Below, piece by piece: positions 56,786 to 59,563 of a DNA stretch of 59,563 nt. Each line of letters opens with the position of its first letter. Within the stretch, counting starts at the first letter, position 1. Below the pieces are notes generated by a model. The model saw only the letters and a list, made by a program, of their open reading frames with translations, was not told the DNA's origin and did not search any database. Both the position numbers and the translations under genes were made by a program. This DNA is from Rhizaria sp. SCN 62-66 (Eukaryota), in contig MEDY01000159.1 in NCBI GenBank assembly GCA_001724265.1, positions 1-59,563 of the forward strand, written 5' to 3'.

Positions 56786-59563
56786 ATGAGCTCCCCCGGG
56801 GTTTTTATGTCCTCTTCCCTAGGGGTCTTTACCGACCCCATCTGCGACGACCGCAGCCTCGACACTCTGCTGCAGCAACACGGCATCGGCTCCTCTGCCG
56901 CTGCCGCTGCCCCAGCCTTTGGCTCTTGCTCTAGCGCAGGTCTCCTCCCTGCTGAGTGCTACACCGCTAACCTAGCTGGCGCTTGCTGCTCCTCCTGCTC
57001 AGACTCCAGCTCTAGCTCCCCTTGCAGCAGCAGTCACGGGCATGGGCACGGCAACAACAGCAGCAACTGCTCTGGGTCGAGCTCCAGCTCCGGCTCTCTG
57101 TCGTCGCTTCTCAGCGCTGCCAGCGCCCACGGACCCAGCGCCCTCTTCCCCGGCGCATCGGCTCACCCGCCCTCGGCCTCCACGGCGGGCGCCGTGAACG
57201 TCAACGACCTTTTTTCGGTCCTGCGGAACGCCTCGCAGGCCATGAGCCTGGTGCCACCCACCACCACGGCCGCGCTCTCCAACGTCGCGGCCACGCACGG
57301 CAACGGCCACAACGCGCGCGGACAGCAACAGCAGCAGTACGGGCCGTTCCCGTCGCCCGCCGCCTCGACCGCGGGCGTCGGCAGCGCCTACGCGTCGACC
57401 ATGATGATGACTACGACAGCGACTCCCCCTCGCTTCACTGCAACCACTTCGTCGTCATCGTCCTCGTCCAGCATGTCCCCGGTGAGCTACCTAGCCAACA
57501 CCACGGACCCCGGCAGCTGCTCCTTAGACGACAGCGGCGACAGCACATGCGCCGTCATCGCAGCCCCTTACATGACGGCGGCCGCGTCCTTCGGATCCCC
57601 CACCTCGGCCCCAGCCCACGGACACGGCCATGGCCACCCGCTAAACCCCAGCCTGTTTGCGAGCGAGCTCTCCGGCGCCGGGCTGTCCCCGCTGCCGCCG
57701 CCGGACGCGCTGTCCTGGGCCGCGGCCTCGGCCGACCGCCGCGCCCTCCGCTCCCAGTCCTCCTCTCTCGCCGCCGCGCTCGCGCAGCGCGACTCCGAGG
57801 CGTCCACACTCGTGCGCGAGCTCAAGGCGGCGCGCGCGGGGCAGGAGCGCGCGCTGGCTGAGCTGGCGGCGGCGCGGCGCGGCGAGCGCAAGAGCGAACG
57901 CGACTGGGCGCGCCAGCTCGACGCCGAGCGCGAGCGGGCCGCGGCCGCGTGCGGGGAGCGGGACCGTGTCGCCGCCGAGAACGCGCGGTTGGTGCGCGAC
58001 TGGGACGAGGTGCGGCTCGACTTGCTGCGCTGCCCGCAGGTGCTGCGCGCGGTGCGGGAGTCGGGTACTGAGGCAGTGCTCAAGGCGTGTCAGCGCAACA
58101 ACATGAACACGCACTTCACCAACGCCGCGAAGGCAGCGAGGCCGAGCTCTAGCTCGAGTAAGGCGAGTGTCGTTGATCATGACAACGACGATGATGATGA
58201 CAGCGACGATTCTAGCAATAACGACAACAACGGATATGATAGCGACTGCGAGTGCGCGTGCCGCGGTAGCCACGGGCACGGTGACCGCAACGAGGGCGCT
58301 GGGTACGACAACACGGAGTGTATTAGCGAGCAGTGCCCCTGTGTGTGCATACGCTGCGACCCCCACAGCACCAAGGACGCTTTCCAGAGCAATACTGCGA
58401 ACGCTGACGACGCCAGTTTGGGCAAGACGCGCGCCCGCATCCGCGCCAAGGCCGCCAAGGCCGCGAAGGCTGCCGCCGCCGCCGCCAAGGCGTGCGAGCC
58501 GGTGTTCTCGCAGCACCCGCGGCGGCTGATCGCGATCCTGCAGCAGCATTGCGCGGCGCAGACGGCGGCGACGGCGGCCGCGACCGCGCGCGCCACCGCC
58601 GCCGCGCGCGCCTTCGCAGCGGAGAAGGCGACTCTGCTGGCCGCGGTGACGGCGGCGCAGGCCGAGACCGCGGCCGTGGGCCGCCGGACTCGGGCCCTTG
58701 CGGCGGCCGCGGCGCGCTCGCACGCCCTCACCAAGCGCCTGCTCACGACGTCCGGCTCCGCGCACGGCGCCGCCGGCAGCTGTCCGAATGACGACGATGC
58801 CTGCGAGAACGCTGAGCAGCAGCAGCAGCCTGGTGACTGCGAGCAGTGGGGGCTCGACGACCTGGAGGCGCTCGCGCGCGAGCTGGACGCCGCGCAGCGC
58901 GCCGCGGCCGCGGAGCGCGCGCGCCTGACCAGCGAGCTGGCCACGCTGGCCGAGGCCCATGACGCCGCGTTGAAGCGCCACGCGGCCGAGGTGGCGGCGC
59001 TGAAGCAGCAGCTCGAGGGCGTACTGGCGGCCGCCGAGGCCGGCGCGGCGGCGCTCGTTACAGCCCGCGGCGAAGGCGGGCAGCAGCTGACGCGCGCGGA
59101 GGTCGCCGAGGCCGCGGCAGTCGCCGCCGAGGCCGACGCCGCCGCCGCGCGAGCCGACGCCGAGGCCGCCGCCGCAAATGTCGCCGAGCTGACCGCGCGT
59201 GTCGCCGAGCTGCAGCTGGCGCTGCTGGCCAAGGACGAGGATCTTCACGGCCACGACGCGCGCGCCGCCGCCGCCGCCGAGACCGCGGCGACCGCCAGCG
59301 CGGCCTCGGCCTCGCACCGGGACCTGGCGCTCGCTGCGTTGGCCCGCGCGCGCGCGCGCCGCACGCTGGCCTCGGCCTTCACGGGCTGGGTCCGCGCCGC
59401 AGCCCGCCGCCGCGCCGCCGCCGCGGTCTCCACGAGCGACACGGCGGTCGCCAAGGCGCGCGAGACGGCGCTGCGCGCGTTCGCGGCGGCGCGCGCGGCG
59501 CGGGCGCGGGAGCTGGCTCGCTCGCACCTGCTGCAGTGGCGCGCGCGCGCCGCGGCGCGCCTG
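56786..59563 (+). CDS. Partial (3'-truncated) Ala/Glu/Arg-rich coiled-coil protein, at least 926 aa
   Basis: ATG at 56786 follows a pyrimidine-rich leader. The frame stays open to the window end, so it is absent from the ORF track. Strong GC3 bias and long heptad-like stretches such as LEALARELDAAQRAAAAERARLTSELATL. Confidence 0.8.
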   Translation, partial: MSSPGVFMSSSLGVFTDPICDDRSLDTLLQQHGIGSSAAAAAPAFGSCSSAGLLPAECYTANLAGACCSSCSDSSSSSPCSSSHGHGHGNNSSNCSGSSSSSGSLSSLLSAASAHGPSALFPGASAHPPSASTAGAVNVNDLFSVLRNASQAMSLVPPTTTAALSNVAATHGNGHNARGQQQQQYGPFPSPAASTAGVGSAYASTMMMTTTATPPRFTATTSSSSSSSSMSPVSYLANTTDPGSCSLDDSGDSTCAVIAAPYMTAAASFGSPTSAPAHGHGHGHPLNPSLFASELSGAGLSPLPPPDALSWAAASADRRALRSQSSSLAAALAQRDSEASTLVRELKAARAGQERALAELAAARRGERKSERDWARQLDAERERAAAACGERDRVAAENARLVRDWDEVRLDLLRCPQVLRAVRESGTEAVLKACQRNNMNTHFTNAAKAARPSSSSSKASVVDHDNDDDDDSDDSSNNDNNGYDSDCECACRGSHGHGDRNEGAGYDNTECISEQCPCVCIRCDPHSTKDAFQSNTANADDASLGKTRARIRAKAAKAAKAAAAAAKACEPVFSQHPRRLIAILQQHCAAQTAATAAATARATAAARAFAAEKATLLAAVTAAQAETAAVGRRTRALAAAAARSHALTKRLLTTSGSAHGAAGSCPNDDDACENAEQQQQPGDCEQWGLDDLEALARELDAAQRAAAAERARLTSELATLAEAHDAALKRHAAEVAALKQQLEGVLAAAEAGAAALVTARGEGGQQLTRAEVAEAAAVAAEADAAAARADAEAAAANVAELTARVAELQLALLAKDEDLHGHDARAAAAAETAATASAASASHRDLALAALARARARRTLASAFTGWVRAAARRRAAAAVSTSDTAVAKARETALRAFAAARAARARELARSHLLQWRARAAARL

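Noticed and set aside
57641-59527. 628-aa minus-strand ORF and the many other overlapping Arg/Pro/Ala-rich track ORFs
   Set aside because: These are shadow frames of GC-rich genes; the codon-biased frame is on the opposite strand or in another phase.
1-59563. tRNA (including a CUA suppressor), rRNA and transposon genes
   Set aside because: No cloverleaf, rRNA-like segment, transposase or RT motif, or long terminal repeat was recognised by eye. A covariance-model search is needed to exclude them.

Overview
Gene-dense eukaryotic (protist-like) nuclear DNA. GC-rich exons alternate with AT-richer 137-255 nt GT-AG introns and short intergenic spacers. I can build 15 protein-coding genes. Ten have recognisable products: a very long zeta(eta)-tubulin, a MYST acetyltransferase, RPP38/POP3, JMJD7, a BT1 folate-biopterin transporter, RFT1, mitochondrial Hsp70, a giant PP2C, an FtsX-type permease and a bacterial-type rhomboid lacking its catalytic His. 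The other five are hypothetical. The main result is evidence for a non-standard nuclear genetic code in which UAG is a sense codon, most likely Gln, while UAA and UGA remain stops. Eight in-frame TAG codons, and no TAA or TGA, interrupt four otherwise continuous reading frames, often inside Gln-rich tracts. None of the ten independently delimited genes ends in TAG. Secondary signals are a dispersed strand- and frame-independent DNA motif ([CG]TAAGTACC, often in a CTAAG...CTTAG inverted pair), a GTACG-dominated splice donor and pervasive low-complexity protein expansion. All product calls come from motifs recognised by eye; no searches were run, and the organism is not identified.
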